A program made the translations under genes and the position numbers. The notes beneath the pieces were generated by a model. It had not been told where the DNA came from. It was given only the letters and a program-made list of their open reading frames with translations, and did no database searches. This document shows, piece by piece, positions 23,946 through 36,508 of a stretch of 64,000 nt of DNA. The first letter of the stretch is position 1, and every line of letters begins with the position of its first letter. Origin of the DNA: Schizochytrium sp. TIO01 (taxonomy: Eukaryota > Protista > Bigyra: Labyrinthulomycetes); contig SMSO01000037.1 in NCBI GenBank assembly GCA_004764695.1, positions 2,518,747 to 2,582,746 on the forward strand, given 5' to 3'.

Positions 23946-26216
23946 AGCGTTGTGCCGGAGTCCGGCGAGGAGTCTGGTGACGAGGGCGCCACCGGTGCAC
24001 AGGCTGCCGCCTTAAACCAATCCTCCAGGACATCCGCGACTACTGATGTTGCCACTCCTGTTCGTAAAAGCGCATGTCCGGCAGCATCCTCGTCGTCTTC
24101 CTCGCTTGGCCCCGAACTCGTGAGCGCTACTGCCTCTTCGTGGCCATCCCCGTTCTCAGGATCATCAATATCTGCGTCCAATCCCGCATCAGGCAACACC
24201 GCAACACCCCCTAGAACTCGCTCAAAGGCTCTGAAATCACGAACAGTGTCCGACGCACCAGAAACTTCGCGTCGTCGGTCTAACTTTGACTATTTAGACA
24301 CAGTTCGCTTTGCCACAATTCATAAGCCACCTCCAGGTTCCACAGCTTCATCATCCTTCACCGGGTCATTTTCTGGTGCACGCGAGGAGCACCACCCAGG
24401 CATGCGTCAACGCACAGGGAGCATTACCTTGAGCATGCTCACGCGAAGTGACAATTCTAGCTGGCTTGATAGGTTTCGAGATAGATCCTCTAGCAATACT
24501 GATTCAGGTCTGTTCGGCGGAAGTTCCGCTTCATCTGGCTCATTTAGTGCTAGACGCCCTATTCTGGGTAGTCGCCGTGATAGTAGTGTCCATGCTGTGG
24601 ATCTTGGTGTACTTGAGAGTATGCGCTTGCAAGCAGAACAGCTCCAGCAGCAGGATCAACAAGATACCCCAGAAGTTCAGGAGGAAGCACAGCCTCCTTC
24701 TCAGCAGCTCCAGCATACCTTGCAATCACGTGTTTCAAGCGAACCACAATTAACAGGAGCAGGTCCTGCACTGGCGAGCGAAGATCTTGAGGATGAGGGC
24801 TGCCTGATTTGCCTCGGAAAATTCACGGAAAAGAGGCCCTCAGTGCCTATTCCGTGTCTGAAACATTGTAATTTAGCCCCTGTGCATGCAAAATGCATAT
24901 ACGAATGGAAGGAGCAGAAAAAGGGGGCTGGAACTTGCCCTTTGTGCAGATCAGAGCTGGGCTACATTGATTACCAACCTCCTGATTTGCTCAAGCTAAA
25001 CTCGTTGGTGATCTTCGGATACCGCAAACAATTCGCTATGTCTCCTCTCCCTAAGGAAGCTGGCATGCTTCGTTGTTATGTCAAGCTTCGCAACGGCGTT
25101 TTTGGCTCACCAGTGCATTATGAACTATGGGTCCAGGCCCCGACTACGTTGGCGTATCCTCTTGGAGCACTTCCTGATCAAGAGAGTCCTCGTAAGGGTG
25201 ATCGATTCTTGATGGCAGGCCAGAAACGACTCACGGCCTGGGGTACCTCTGTGATCGATTTCACACTAGACCCAAACGCGAAGGACTTCAATTCAAATAG
25301 CTATAACTACATTGGCAGCGTGAGTGGAAATTTTGCTGGTACCGAATTCACTGTCAATGCTCCTTATAAAGAAGGACGCTACACAAAGCAACGAGAGCTT
25401 GCTAGCATTGCATATGCACAGAACCGCCTTGTGGGCAGTACCTTTGGCCCAAGACACCTCACATGTGCGCTTGCAAAGGCCAAGGCCTGGGATGGCTCTG
25501 CCACTTCAAATCCTAACCTTGGGCTACCACTCCCAAGCTCAATTCCCACCAGTGTTTCATCAACGTCGTCTACAGCTACGTTGATGAGCGGTGGTGCAAG
25601 CCCTAATCCTGCAAGCAATGTTGCGCCTCTTGACATTCCATCCCCATCTACGGATGACCGCCAAAGATCTTCATCTGCTCAAACTATCACTAGCAGTCCT
25701 GCTATGGGATCTCCAGTGGGCTTTGAGGCAGCACACGAGGCTCCGCAACTTGTCGCAGACAAGAATGGAGCTTCCACTGCTGCGCAATACAATGTCGACG
25801 ACGACGACGATGACGATGACGACTATGAAATTCCAACTCAGACCTATATGACTGATGCAATCATTCCTAAACAACGGAACGATCACATCATAAACTACCT
25901 TCGTAAAGGACCTGAAGCTGTCAACAATCACGAGAAGCTTGTGTATGGGCAAAACAAAGACCCGTACTGGCTCGATGCCATCCAGGCTTACTCTCTTGAC
26001 TTTCGGGGTCGCGTGCAAAGACCCTCAAACAAAAACTTTCAGCTTGAGCTAGAGGGTCTCCAGAAGTCAGTATCATTGCAGTTTGGAAAAGTTGTGGCCA
26101 TCGACGAGCATTGCCCCTTCGCAATCTACACATGCGACTTCCAGTGGCCACTGTCACCAATTCAGGCCTTTGGAATTGTCACAACCGCCTGTGATCGAAA
26201 GATGTTTGTGGCGTAA
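23901..26216 (+). CDS. RING-CH (C4HC3) zinc finger-Tubby domain fusion protein (771 aa), putative E3 ubiquitin ligase
   Basis: CLIC...PCLKHC...VHAKCIYEW...CPLC at ~24801-24950. Tubby-domain motifs from ~25041 to the end: LRCYVK, FLMAGQKR, YIGSVSGNFAGTEFTV, ELASIAY, GPRHL, NKDPYW..YSLDFRGRVQRPSNKNFQL, LQFGKV, DFQWPLSPIQAFGI. Disordered Ser-rich N-terminus. Confidence 0.95.
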   Translation: MDTALMDTALMDTALSVVPESGEESGDEGATGAQAAALNQSSRTSATTDVATPVRKSACPAASSSSSSLGPELVSATASSWPSPFSGSSISASNPASGNTATPPRTRSKALKSRTVSDAPETSRRRSNFDYLDTVRFATIHKPPPGSTASSSFTGSFSGAREEHHPGMRQRTGSITLSMLTRSDNSSWLDRFRDRSSSNTDSGLFGGSSASSGSFSARRPILGSRRDSSVHAVDLGVLESMRLQAEQLQQQDQQDTPEVQEEAQPPSQQLQHTLQSRVSSEPQLTGAGPALASEDLEDEGCLICLGKFTEKRPSVPIPCLKHCNLAPVHAKCIYEWKEQKKGAGTCPLCRSELGYIDYQPPDLLKLNSLVIFGYRKQFAMSPLPKEAGMLRCYVKLRNGVFGSPVHYELWVQAPTTLAYPLGALPDQESPRKGDRFLMAGQKRLTAWGTSVIDFTLDPNAKDFNSNSYNYIGSVSGNFAGTEFTVNAPYKEGRYTKQRELASIAYAQNRLVGSTFGPRHLTCALAKAKAWDGSATSNPNLGLPLPSSIPTSVSSTSSTATLMSGGASPNPASNVAPLDIPSPSTDDRQRSSSAQTITSSPAMGSPVGFEAAHEAPQLVADKNGASTAAQYNVDDDDDDDDDYEIPTQTYMTDAIIPKQRNDHIINYLRKGPEAVNNHEKLVYGQNKDPYWLDAIQAYSLDFRGRVQRPSNKNFQLELEGLQKSVSLQFGKVVAIDEHCPFAIYTCDFQWPLSPIQAFGIVTTACDRKMFVA

Positions 26217-29200
26217 GCAGGAACGTGGACTTCTGTACGCACTATGGGAGCAAAGTAAGAAAGTACTCTAATAAACAAGTGGCTGTTGCTTCTGGCCTCA
26301 GAAGGTCAAAGCAAGCGAAAAGCTTTTAAAAGCACTTTGGTGTTCTTTGTTATGCCCTGATCTCCTCATACTTCAATTCAAAATTTCTTTCGCTCTGTAC
26401 AACACCGCGGCATATCTATCTCTTTATGTGGCGAGATCGCGTACATTTATTATTTCTTCTCTTTTTTTATCCTCATGTATAAATTCCCGCGGCGTCGGCG
26501 AAGCAACCTGGTTGAATCCCCAACTCAAAGCGCCGGAAAACTAGGAAACATGTTATCTAGCTGCATATGCAGAGAAACCCACACTCTTATTTAAAGCATG
26601 TGCAATCACCATGGGCGCTCTCATTTTCGTTCCAACTTTCTACAAAAGTCGCAACTACACATAAAGAATATGGGCAGAGAGCTTAGATGGCGTTTGATTC
26701 TACCGATTCATCTTCATGCAATATTTACTCTAGGTAATATATTCTTCGCATTCGCTCTGAAATTAATATAATTCACATCGAAAAACCTTTATGACATTTG
26801 TTTACTGAACTTGTTAGACTTTAGAGTCTTCTTTGTGTATTTCTTGATAATTAAGCTAATATCGGGAATGAAAGACCTGTGCATAAAAATCAAGAATTTC
26901 ACACTGAATAATCTCGCGTACACAAGAAAACGTAACCTGTACCCTCGAGTCTATTATGACTATGCACTGATATTTGAATTGATGTTTCAGAGGGGGGAGT
27001 TCTTTCTCTTTTTCTTTTTCAAAAGTATAGACTGTCATACAGGCTATGTGAACATAAAAGGTATGTTCTAACTCTTTGTGTTTTTTGTTTCTTTCGAGTT
27101 TTGTTCTTTGCGAAACAATTTAGTTAATTAGGTGTTTCAAAAATCGATTTGTTGTTATCTTTGTGCAGTCTCCTTCTCCTGTTCATGATTATTTTCTGTT
27201 TAGTAGATAGAAGAGGACACAGTTGTTCTTTATCGGGCTGCTTTTTGTTCTCGGAAAAATGTTGGAGCGATTTCATGAAAACTAGAAGAAAACTTATAGA
27301 ACATCTAAATAGTTTCCCCCAGAGCTTTATCGCTATCACTCATGAAAGGAAGAACTTGAAAATTATTTCTCGACTTTGCTAGCTTGGAAAAACAAAATCA
27401 AAAAAATATATAATGATGTGTTCTCTTGTAACCTTTGCTCCATGTCTTTAAAACGCGTGGTCTTTGCGACTTTCTAAGTTTTGAATAATTTACTTTTCTA
27501 ATAAATAAAAAAACAAAACACACTTTCCCAATTGTTTCTCAACTTGCAGTGTCCAGAGGGGAAAGCAAAGCCGTTCTCATTTGAAATTTTCTTCAAACAA
27601 GAGTAAGCTTCCTCTTTTCAGGAGTGGGTAGGTGTTCTTCAACCTTCTCCTGCTTTATAAAAAGAAATAAAAAATAATCACACTAAATGAAAACAGTGCC
27701 CTGCCCTGCTGTTCTCTTTTTCATTTTTTCCCTTTCTTAAGCCCGCGTGTTCTTTACAAATCATCACACCTAGAGCCTGTACTCTAACCTTTGTCTTTTC
27801 TCTTGTTTCGATGCAGGTGCAAAGATCCTCCCGGCATTGGCATTTCTTGCCTTTTGTAAGAATACGAAGAGTCTCCAGAACTGTTCTCTCTCTTCTTCGA
27901 AATGCATTATTACAGTTTTCCGCAGTTGCACTCTTGCGCAAGCCCCAGGAAACTGCTTGCACCCGCGAACAGAACGTCCTCTTCGGCACCCGCTATGGAA
28001 TTATCCTAATGGTATCTTGACAGGCTTAGGCCATCGCGCCTTTCCTCAATCCAGGCATTACCTACCGAGGTAGTTAGTTAGTTAGTCAGTTAGTTAGTTA
28101 ACAGCAGCATCTTTTCCCGGAACTTGACAGATCATCTGCCATCTCCACGGAAGTACGTACCTACTACGGTATCTTTTACATTGGACCAAGTGCTTTTGCC
28201 AAATGCTTTTGCCAAATACCTGGCTGCTTTCTCGCATCCAGATTTGAGTCCCAGGCGTCCTGCCCCTTTGCACATCTCGTAATGAGTTCAAGGCCGTAGA
28301 AGAAGCTGAAGATGGCATCAAGAACACCTCTGGCAGCTTGAGCACGACGATGTAGATGAAGATGAAGATGCGGGCACTATGATGATACTACCAATATTAC
28401 GCTGATTGGAACAGGAACAGTGCTTCTGCTCAGTACTGTTACTGTTGCAGAACGAGGTCGAACAAAACTTCCAATGTAGCATTAGTGCGAATCTGAGAGA
28501 GGGAACCGCCCTCGCGTTCCTTCTTCTCCACGCTTGACTAATCGGTCTTCTCCTGCGCGCGGAGAGGAGAGAACACGCTTTGCTTTCAACTAGGTTGCAT
28601 CGCGATTTGATGAACTTCCTGGCGTCTTCGAGAATGCAGATCGATTGCTCTGAGTGGTCTTACCTAGAAAGTGAACTTGCGAATTTAAAATATATGTACC
28701 GCTACTATAAGTAATAACAACTACACAGAGGTTGGCTTCATGACGCTCAAAGTCAACTGGATCGATTTCAACTAGCTAGTACAACTTGAACACAAGCTTT
28801 CCTCATGCAAGCTTGAGGCTGGTTGCTGGTCTTGTTTCTTCTGTCAAGTCATCTTGAACCTTCTTCAAGTAATTTAACCGTCCCTCGGGTCGCTGGTCCA
28901 CGGACGGTAGGTTGGTCCCTAGGTATTACGAGCTAAGGAACTAGTTGCGAAAAGAACCACCCTTGGCTCAATTCAAGTTGCCTTGCCTGTCTTCTGGTGT
29001 TCCGCCCGTCCCATCATAATCTTCAGCATAAGGGTTCGAACTAAGCGAGGCTCGCGTTTTTATCTCCACCAGAGCGCATTGCAGCACGTGAACAATAAAA
29101 GCCACACTCGTGCACGTGCGTGTGAGCAAGCAAGAAAATAAAAGACTGAATAAATAAATAAATAAATAAATAAATGAATAAATAAATGAACAAATAAACC

Positions 29201-29240
29201 AGCCGCATTACAACGATCACAGTTGAAGCTCGTGAGTGAA

Positions 29241-29287
29241 TAGGTAGGTAGGTAGGTAGGTAGGTAGGTAGGTAGGTAGGTAGGTAG
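29241..29287. repeat. (TAGG)n microsatellite
   Basis: About 11 perfect units. Confidence 0.97.
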
Positions 29288-31531
29288 CTAACTAACTGTG
29301 CACAAGACAACTTGAGCTGAATGAGCGAATGGCGCTCAGTGGCATTGCCCTCCATTTCGCTGCCTTCGTAGGAAATGCGAGATTCCAAGCACATGTTTCA
29401 GAGCTCTAGCTTGCCTTGCGTGCAAGATTCACCTGAATCCGGGTCGCTTGCGGCAGGTGCCGGCTATCGGAAAGGTGGGTGCGCCAGTGCAGAGCATGCA
29501 GAGCGTGCCGCATTCAGTCAGCCTCGCCGCGCCGCACGAGCGAGCGAGTCCCTCTTCAGGCAGGGCGCGCACAAGCTTTGTTTGCTTTGGCCCGCGATGC
29601 TAAGCAGTCGTCGTTGGTCCTTCCGTGTGTTGGAATTGCCATCCACCATGAGAAGTGCTGTGATGACGTCTCTCTCACTTGCTTGCTTTCGAAAGCACGT
29701 GCGTGCACACTCATCAGACTCCCTTTCCTTTCCTTCCTTTCCGAGGAGAGGAAGTCTTCTTCGCAATGGAGTGCTGCGACCTGCAAGGAAGAACTTGCTT
29801 GATTGAAGAGAGCGCAGGGAATCAGTTGCACTGCGTGTGATGATAGATAGTTGCTGCCCTCGAGCAGAAACTGCTCTGAAAGCGGGAGGAGGCAATGGAT
29901 CTTTTGCAGCAGTTTGCAGCAGCAAGCAGTTCATCCCGCAAGATTTGCTTGGGCACAAACAGACTCGCGTGCTTAGCACCCAGTAAACTCAGACGGGGTT
30001 GAACGAAGGGGGGAGGGCTGTCATGCGAGGCGCAGGTACGCAGTCTGTCTGCGCGTGCAAGTTCAAAGGGGAGGAGAAGAACAAGAAGAGGCAAAGGCAA
30101 TTGAGAAAGACAGTATAATTCGCGGGAGAGATTTGTGGAAAGGAGGTCAAACTGGGACATTGTGAGAAAATGAAAGGCGGTTGACCAAAGGAGGTAATTC
30201 ATACTTCCTTTCAAGGTTCTGCCTCTCAATGGGGTACAGGAGTCAAAATCGTTGGATAGAAGAACGATAACTTTATACCTACTCATGTTCTCGTTTATGG
30301 GATACTTTGATGCCACAAAGGTAAAATGTTTACCTTGAACGGTTTCTTTGCTTCAAGTTTCTCCGAAATAGAACGCACTCTGTTTTGGATTTTAAAAACA
30401 AAACAAAACACGGTTTTGACGTTGGCTTTGGCATCATAAGGTGGTCCTTGCAAAAGAAGAAAAGAAAGAAAGAACGCTCATCAAGAAAAAGTTAGATCAT
30501 TAACTTTTTAGATTTCAAAAATATCAGAAAAGAGAACATGACCAAAAACATCTCCAAAAGGTTAGAGTTCAAAAGTTGAGAAGGAAAGGCTTCTTTTGTC
30601 TTTTCTCTTTCTCATTAAACAACTTTAAAACTTGAGAAAGAACAAAATAAAAAACATCATGGCTATCGAAAATACCCTTTTTAAATGCCTTGCACCTTGG
30701 ATGCACCCTTGAACGGGTGGTGTCCTCCCTTCACATACATCGGACATACGTAGAAAAAGAACTAATCTATTATTATAACTATTACTAAAAAATACAGCAC
30801 ATAATCTTGAACTCAATTCATGGTACCTAGGTACCTATTCCATATGAGAGCTCAAAACATAATTTCAATTTCAACCAGTCCTCTGTTTCAAGCTCTAGAG
30901 AAGCACTAAAACTATTGGTCCCAGAGCCGCGTTTGCTTCGGTGTTCTCTTTCCATGCATCTCTTTCTTTTTCTCTCTCTTACCACCCGTAGTGCCGTTTC
31001 TACTAATCAGTAAACGCTAGCCATCCCAAAGAAAAAAGAACGGAAACATTGCTACATATCATACATAGCGCCAGAAACAGAACGCGCAGCAAAGGCAGCA
31101 CTGGCGAGACCAGTCCAACACTGCCATCGCTGTTGATTCCCCAGCGGTTTTTTAAAGACGGCCGCCTCTATATAGAACCGGTCCGCACCCATCTTCGCTG
31201 CCTATCTCAGCTCCTCCCGAGTAGGATCATGTGTTCTCAGCATAGCACTCGCACCGTCGTCTCCTGTCGCTCTTGTGCTGCGTTCCAAAGGGCATTTCCT
31301 CTTTCTGCATCGCAATGCAATACAATAGTGCAATCCCATCTATCTTCATCACGTTGATTGGCGTGAACGCCACGGAATCTTCAAAACTGGGAAGAAAGAA
31401 ACCACTCACAAAAACTCCACGAGACCTTCCCAAATCCACATTTCCAAAACTGCTACTACTGCTAAACCACCCACTCAGTCGCTCGCTCGCTTGCACATTA
31501 AGCCCAAGAAGCGAAGGACTAACCATCGATA

Positions 31532-31640
31532 AATGAATGAATGAATGAATGAATGAATGAATGAATGAATGAATGAATGAATGAATGAATGAATGAATGA
31601 ATGAATAAATGAATGAATGAATAAATGAATATATGAATAT
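31532..31640. repeat. (AATG)n microsatellite
   Basis: About 18 perfect units followed by degenerate units. Confidence 0.97.
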
Positions 31641-31906
31641 ATAGGTATGTATAAATAAGGCCAGCTAGTGACAAGCGAAGAATGCTTTGCTTGTTAATTT
31701 ATTCAATGACCAAGAAACGATCCGCCCGCCCCATCACTCGGTTTTTCTCCGATTAGAGTCCAAATTGGCCTCGCTCAAAGGAACAGCAACTGCTCCAACT
31801 TCTTCCACGCATCCATTCAACACCTCAGAAACCACCTACTTTCATCTAATCGGCGGTCACTTCATTTGCAGCCTTAGGTTCTTCATTTTATAAAAGCACA
31901 AGGGAC

Positions 31907-32009
<103 letters not shown>

Positions 32010-35000
32010 GATTGAAGAACCTAAGTACTACAAAGCTCCCTTTTCCACTTTCCACGATGGTGCTGCTGTTGTATGGGACTTTAGCAGCCAAACCCTGGGG
32101 TTGATAGTACTGTATCAATCTCGCGCTTTGGGCGTGGTGGTGGTGGAGTGGCTGCTGCCGTTCCAAGGTTTGCGCAGAAGCGGTATCCTAAATACTGTAC
32201 ACCCATCTGCGAAGGAAGGTTCTCCGTGGCGAGTTCGAGGCCTCGCGATGGTTTTCTTGGGAGGTTTCCCCTTCGTTTTGGGTCTCGGTTCGTGAGTGGC
32301 GATTTGTTCTCCAAGAAGCTGCCGCTAGATTGAGTGAGCTCCATGAGTGGTGCTTTAAACCCTCTCGTTCTTTCTTTCCGCGCGTCTCCATTGTTCTTCT
32401 GCATTTCCATTTGTTACCAATAATGGAGTTTTAGTTCTTAAAAAACAAAAACAAAAAAACATACCTATTTTGAATTAATCATATATGTATTAGCTATAGT
32501 ATGCTATATACACAAACTACCTACTGCGGCATTGCGGAGAGAAAGCGGAGGCTGGTCCACCTGGGCACTGCTACGGATTGCGGTATCTGCCCGCTAGCGG
32601 AGCAGGGTTTTCGAAAATTCGCTCGCGAGAACACTCGCGAGAACACTTTGGAAAAGGGAGAGGAGAGAGAGCCAATATGGAGGCGCGAAAAGAGCGACGG
32701 CCAAGACATTGAGCGTGGTGCCACGCCTCAGGGCCGCCCGGTTGTGCCTTCGATGTGCTTCGGACGGTAACGATCCCTTCGCTGCATCGGCCCGGCTTGG
32801 CCTTCTCCCCTTCGAAGGGGTTTCCAGGCGGACGGGTCCTGGCGCCTCGTTTTGCCTCAGTCGGTACTGCTGCTTCACTTCTGCAGGTTGAGTCAACGGA
32901 ACAGGAATGCAATTTTTGCAGGAATTTCTGTAGGTCCCGCGGTACCTTCGCCACGGTACCAACTCTTTTATTTTTAGAACAGACGGATAAAACTTTCAGG
33001 AAGGAGGTGGTCATAGGAGGAATGAGGAATAAAAAAGCTGCTACTGTTTATACTTTCATAAAAGCCATCGTTGCCAATGCTCCCAAATAAACAACCCCGG
33101 TCTCCGAGAAATGCTTTGCTTTTCTCACTACCTGCCTGTACCTCGGTCCAGGATCACTGGTATTGCCTTTTTAAATTAATAAAATTCATTTGAAGACCAA
33201 AAAATGTTCATTAATGTTTGTTTATTTATGTGTTGTACATTTTATTTTATTATAAAGAGAAAAGAAGGTGTTCTCTCGTAGCTGGGAGGCCCTCTTATTT
33301 TACCTCGCGTCGTTCCTTCTTTCTTTGGGAGTAGGCCATCACCCCTTCAAGGTGACAAAGGTGTGTGACGCCATCACAGCGATTACACTGCGATTCCCAT
33401 GTTCCCTTACCTCTCGCCTTCTCTCTTTGGCCATAGATACCATGGATAGATAGGCAGATAGATAGATAGATACGCAACCTATGGTCATGCACATCTTCAA
33501 GATGGCTATAAGAATGAAGAAACCTACTCCAGGCATCGTCTATCTACCTCTAGAGTAGCGAGGAGGCCTGTTCCTGAAGAACTCCGCTCTCCATCCTTGA
33601 GAGTGACTGACTGACTGACTGACTAAGAGACTGAGAGAGGTTGAGAGAGTGAGTGATCTGAGCAGAAACCCGGAACCCAGGAAAGAAATGGGATTTCTTC
33701 AAAGGTAGTCGCAGGTCGGTATGAATGTATGTATGTATGTAGATGAAAAGGGCGGCATTATGAGGCCGCGCTAGCGAACGCCTAGGAGCTCCTACCATGA
33801 TGCCGGTCGAGTAATCCTGCTCTAAAAATAATTTTCCTGGCCGCTTTGCCCTGCTTATACATAGGCGCGGCCTCGTTCGTCTACGATTAAAAGGCGATTG
33901 ATTGCCAGTGGGTACTCATGCATACATGCATAGGCACATACCTACCTATAGAATACCATGTGATATGTGCTACGATGATTGATTGTTTTCAAGTGAAATG
34001 CGCCCTCTTTAAACTAAGGCCATACATATTCTATCTAAGGACCCGTGTCACCGTTCTCGGGCGCCCTGCTATAACTTCAGCTTCTCGACTCGCGTGTGGT
34101 GAGTGGAGTTGGAGAGGATATGCAGCGAGAATGGCAGTCAATTAGTCAGTCAATCAGTCAGTCAGTCAGTCAGTCAGCCAGCAAGACAGACAGTCAGTCT
34201 GGGAGGCTGACCGTGATGAGTTCCTCGAGCGTTAGTTCGTGAAGGCCTCCTCAACTGCCGCAACAACTCGTCCATTGGCATAGATAGATAGATAGATAGC
34301 CTCAACTGTATGTTAGCAATAGCTGTGGCTATTATGGCTTATTTATGGCAATGCTCATCGTGCTTGCAATGCAGGGTTCAGAAGCCAGAATGCAGCGAGG
34401 GCTCAGCGAGGCTTGGGTTTTGCTGCTTGGCAAGCTGACTGATTAATTATTACGTATGACAAGCGTGCTTGCTTCCTTGGACACGCAGCTGAAAGCCTTG
34501 GCTACGTGTGGACAAGAGCTGGGGATTTTGGGGCATACGCAAGCAAGGCCTTGTCTTAAGCAAAGCAAAGCAAAGCAAGCGTGGAGGAGAGGTGCTCTGC
34601 TATTTGTATGTAGTCTATAGAAGATATAAGCAATCAATCAAAATCAATCAGTCAGACAAAAAGTTCACATTCATTATCGATGGTCGATGGGTTTCAAAGT
34701 CAGGGTTCTTGTTGTTGTTGCTGTTGTCCATCGCGGGAGGACTACTATGTACTAAGGGTGCCGGGGTCGGTGATGCCTGTGTATCTATCTATCTATCTAT
34801 CCATCCATCCATCTGCTGCTATATCAGCTGGGACGAATTCGCGGACCAGGAGGAAGAAGACTACTCTGGCAGAGTTCTTTCTTCTTAATGCGGGATAGAT
34901 AGAGATAGGAGACACTAAGGCTGGTAGGTAGGTAGGTAAGAGGGGCTGTTTGTTCTCTCTTTTCTCGTTCTTGTTCCTTTCTTTTGCTTCTCTGTATGGA

Positions 35001-35365
35001 AGGACCGCCAATGGGAAGAAGAAGCAAGGAGGCGCCAGAGGACAGCGCTACTGCTGCGATTCCGGTGCCTTCCTCGGTTCCTGCAGCACTTGTTGATGCT
35101 TGCTTGAGAATACGGGTTTTGGGTTGTTAACAGAGATGGGGTCCGTGCGGGAGGAAGAAAGGAAGGAAGGTTGAAGAGTACACATGGCGAGATCATCTAT
35201 GTATGGTCTCGAGGTGGTTTTGCTTTGGCTCTTGCTCGATGTTACAGGGAGAGGTTTGAGCTGGGTAAATGCAGGCAGGTTCTTGGCTTTCGAACTCTGA
35301 TGTGCTAGAGGTAGGGGGTGTATGTATGTATGTATGTTTGCATGCGTGCATGCATGGGTTTTGAT

Positions 35366-36508
35366 TTAGTGCGCCATGGTGGACAGTGCGCGGCCACTGC
35401 GAGAGCGGAAGAGCGAGAAGATGCGGGATCCCTTGTGCATGGAGGAGAGGTTGGAGCGCTGCGAAGCGAAGGAGTCGTGGGATCCGCGAGCACCACGGGC
35501 AGTGTGGAGAAGAGTTGTGGATGCTGCCTTCTTCTTGCTCGAGAGCGGGGCGTTCATGCCCGGCTCGACGACGAAGCAGCGACCCGGCACAGTGTGGTCA
35601 GAGACGGCCACAAGGTCTTCGGATGATGCAAGCTTGACCTTGAAGAGCTCGAGGCGAGCCTTGGTGGTCGAGTGCTTGCAGTTAGAGATAACCTGCACGC
35701 GGAGTTCCATGGGCTTGTTCAAGCAATCCTTGCTGCCAATCATAAAGTCAAAGTTAATCTCGGGTGTCATGGCATCGACGCTGTGCACGTGGCGCACGAC
35801 ACTGTGGCCGAGCTCCTTGTTCACAATCCAAAGCTTTACCACGAAGCCTGCGGAGCGGCCCATCCAGCTGTTGCGTGTGTTCATGTTGGTGAATGTGAAT
35901 TTGTAGTGACCTCCCATGACGCCGAGGCTAAATACGCGGCTCTCTTCGCTCTTGAGCTTGCGGGTCACAGACCAAAGGCTGCGCTGGTCGTCGGGGAGGG
36001 CTCCGTTGAGTCCGAATTCGTATGACATATCCTTGCTCTCCATGTCAAAGTCGTTGAGGTCTACGGTATGAGCCTCGTCGAGGTCGCCAAAGTCAAGGCT
36101 GCCGTGGCCACGGTCACGGTTGCGCTTGCGGAGCATACGCGGCTTCCACATCTCGAGCTCCTCTGCGGTGGGTTCTGCGGTCTCATCATCTTCCTCTGCG
36201 ATTGCTGGTGTTGATGATGGCACGAAGTCTGCGAGCTGCTGCTTGTCATCAATCTGAAGCTGCTGGAACTCATGTGCACCGAAGTCCTCGAGCTCGAGGT
36301 CATCGTGTTCAGAGTCCACATCGTGTTCAAGGTCGTCGTCCTGGGGAAGATCCTTCTTCAAAGACTGCATGCGCTTGAGGGTGCCATGGTTCTCGCTGCC
36401 AGCACTGCAGAGGTCGCCCGCCTGCGCCGCAGCGCCAAGGGCCAGAAGGTCCTCAAAGGAGTCCTGCGGCATCATAGGTATCGATCTCTCTAACTGAGTC
36501 TTGCTCAT
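35366..36508 (-). CDS. Hypothetical protein (380 aa): acidic disordered N-terminal half, ~115-aa beta-rich domain, Ser/basic tail
   Basis: 1.14-kb ORF with strong C/G-ending codon preference (AAG, GAG, GAC, CAG, TTC, AAC), unlike the flanking DNA. The first 11 codons use rare TTA/AGA/ATA, so the real start may be the ATG-ATG at 36475. No family recognised. Confidence 0.85.
   Translation of the reverse strand: MSKTQLERSIPMMPQDSFEDLLALGAAAQAGDLCSAGSENHGTLKRMQSLKKDLPQDDDLEHDVDSEHDDLELEDFGAHEFQQLQIDDKQQLADFVPSSTPAIAEEDDETAEPTAEELEMWKPRMLRKRNRDRGHGSLDFGDLDEAHTVDLNDFDMESKDMSYEFGLNGALPDDQRSLWSVTRKLKSEESRVFSLGVMGGHYKFTFTNMNTRNSWMGRSAGFVVKLWIVNKELGHSVVRHVHSVDAMTPEINFDFMIGSKDCLNKPMELRVQVISNCKHSTTKARLELFKVKLASSEDLVAVSDHTVPGRCFVVEPGMNAPLSSKKKAASTTLLHTARGARGSHDSFASQRSNLSSMHKGSRIFSLFRSRSGRALSTMAH

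Noticed and set aside
29241-29287. (TAGG)n as a telomere-like repeat
   Set aside because: It is not TTAGGG or TTTAGGG, it is short and interstitial, and it is one of many tetranucleotide SSR classes here.
29670-29760. Hammerhead-ribozyme-like core on the minus strand (CTGATGA...GAAA, with a pairable stem I)
   Set aside because: Stem II pairs poorly, there is no NUH cleavage triplet before stem I, and stem III cannot form.
35376-35906. 176-aa plus-strand ORF (also antisense ORFs 8073-8594 and 23558-24199)
   Set aside because: These are antisense shadows of real CDSs caused by codon bias; they have no independent domain signal.
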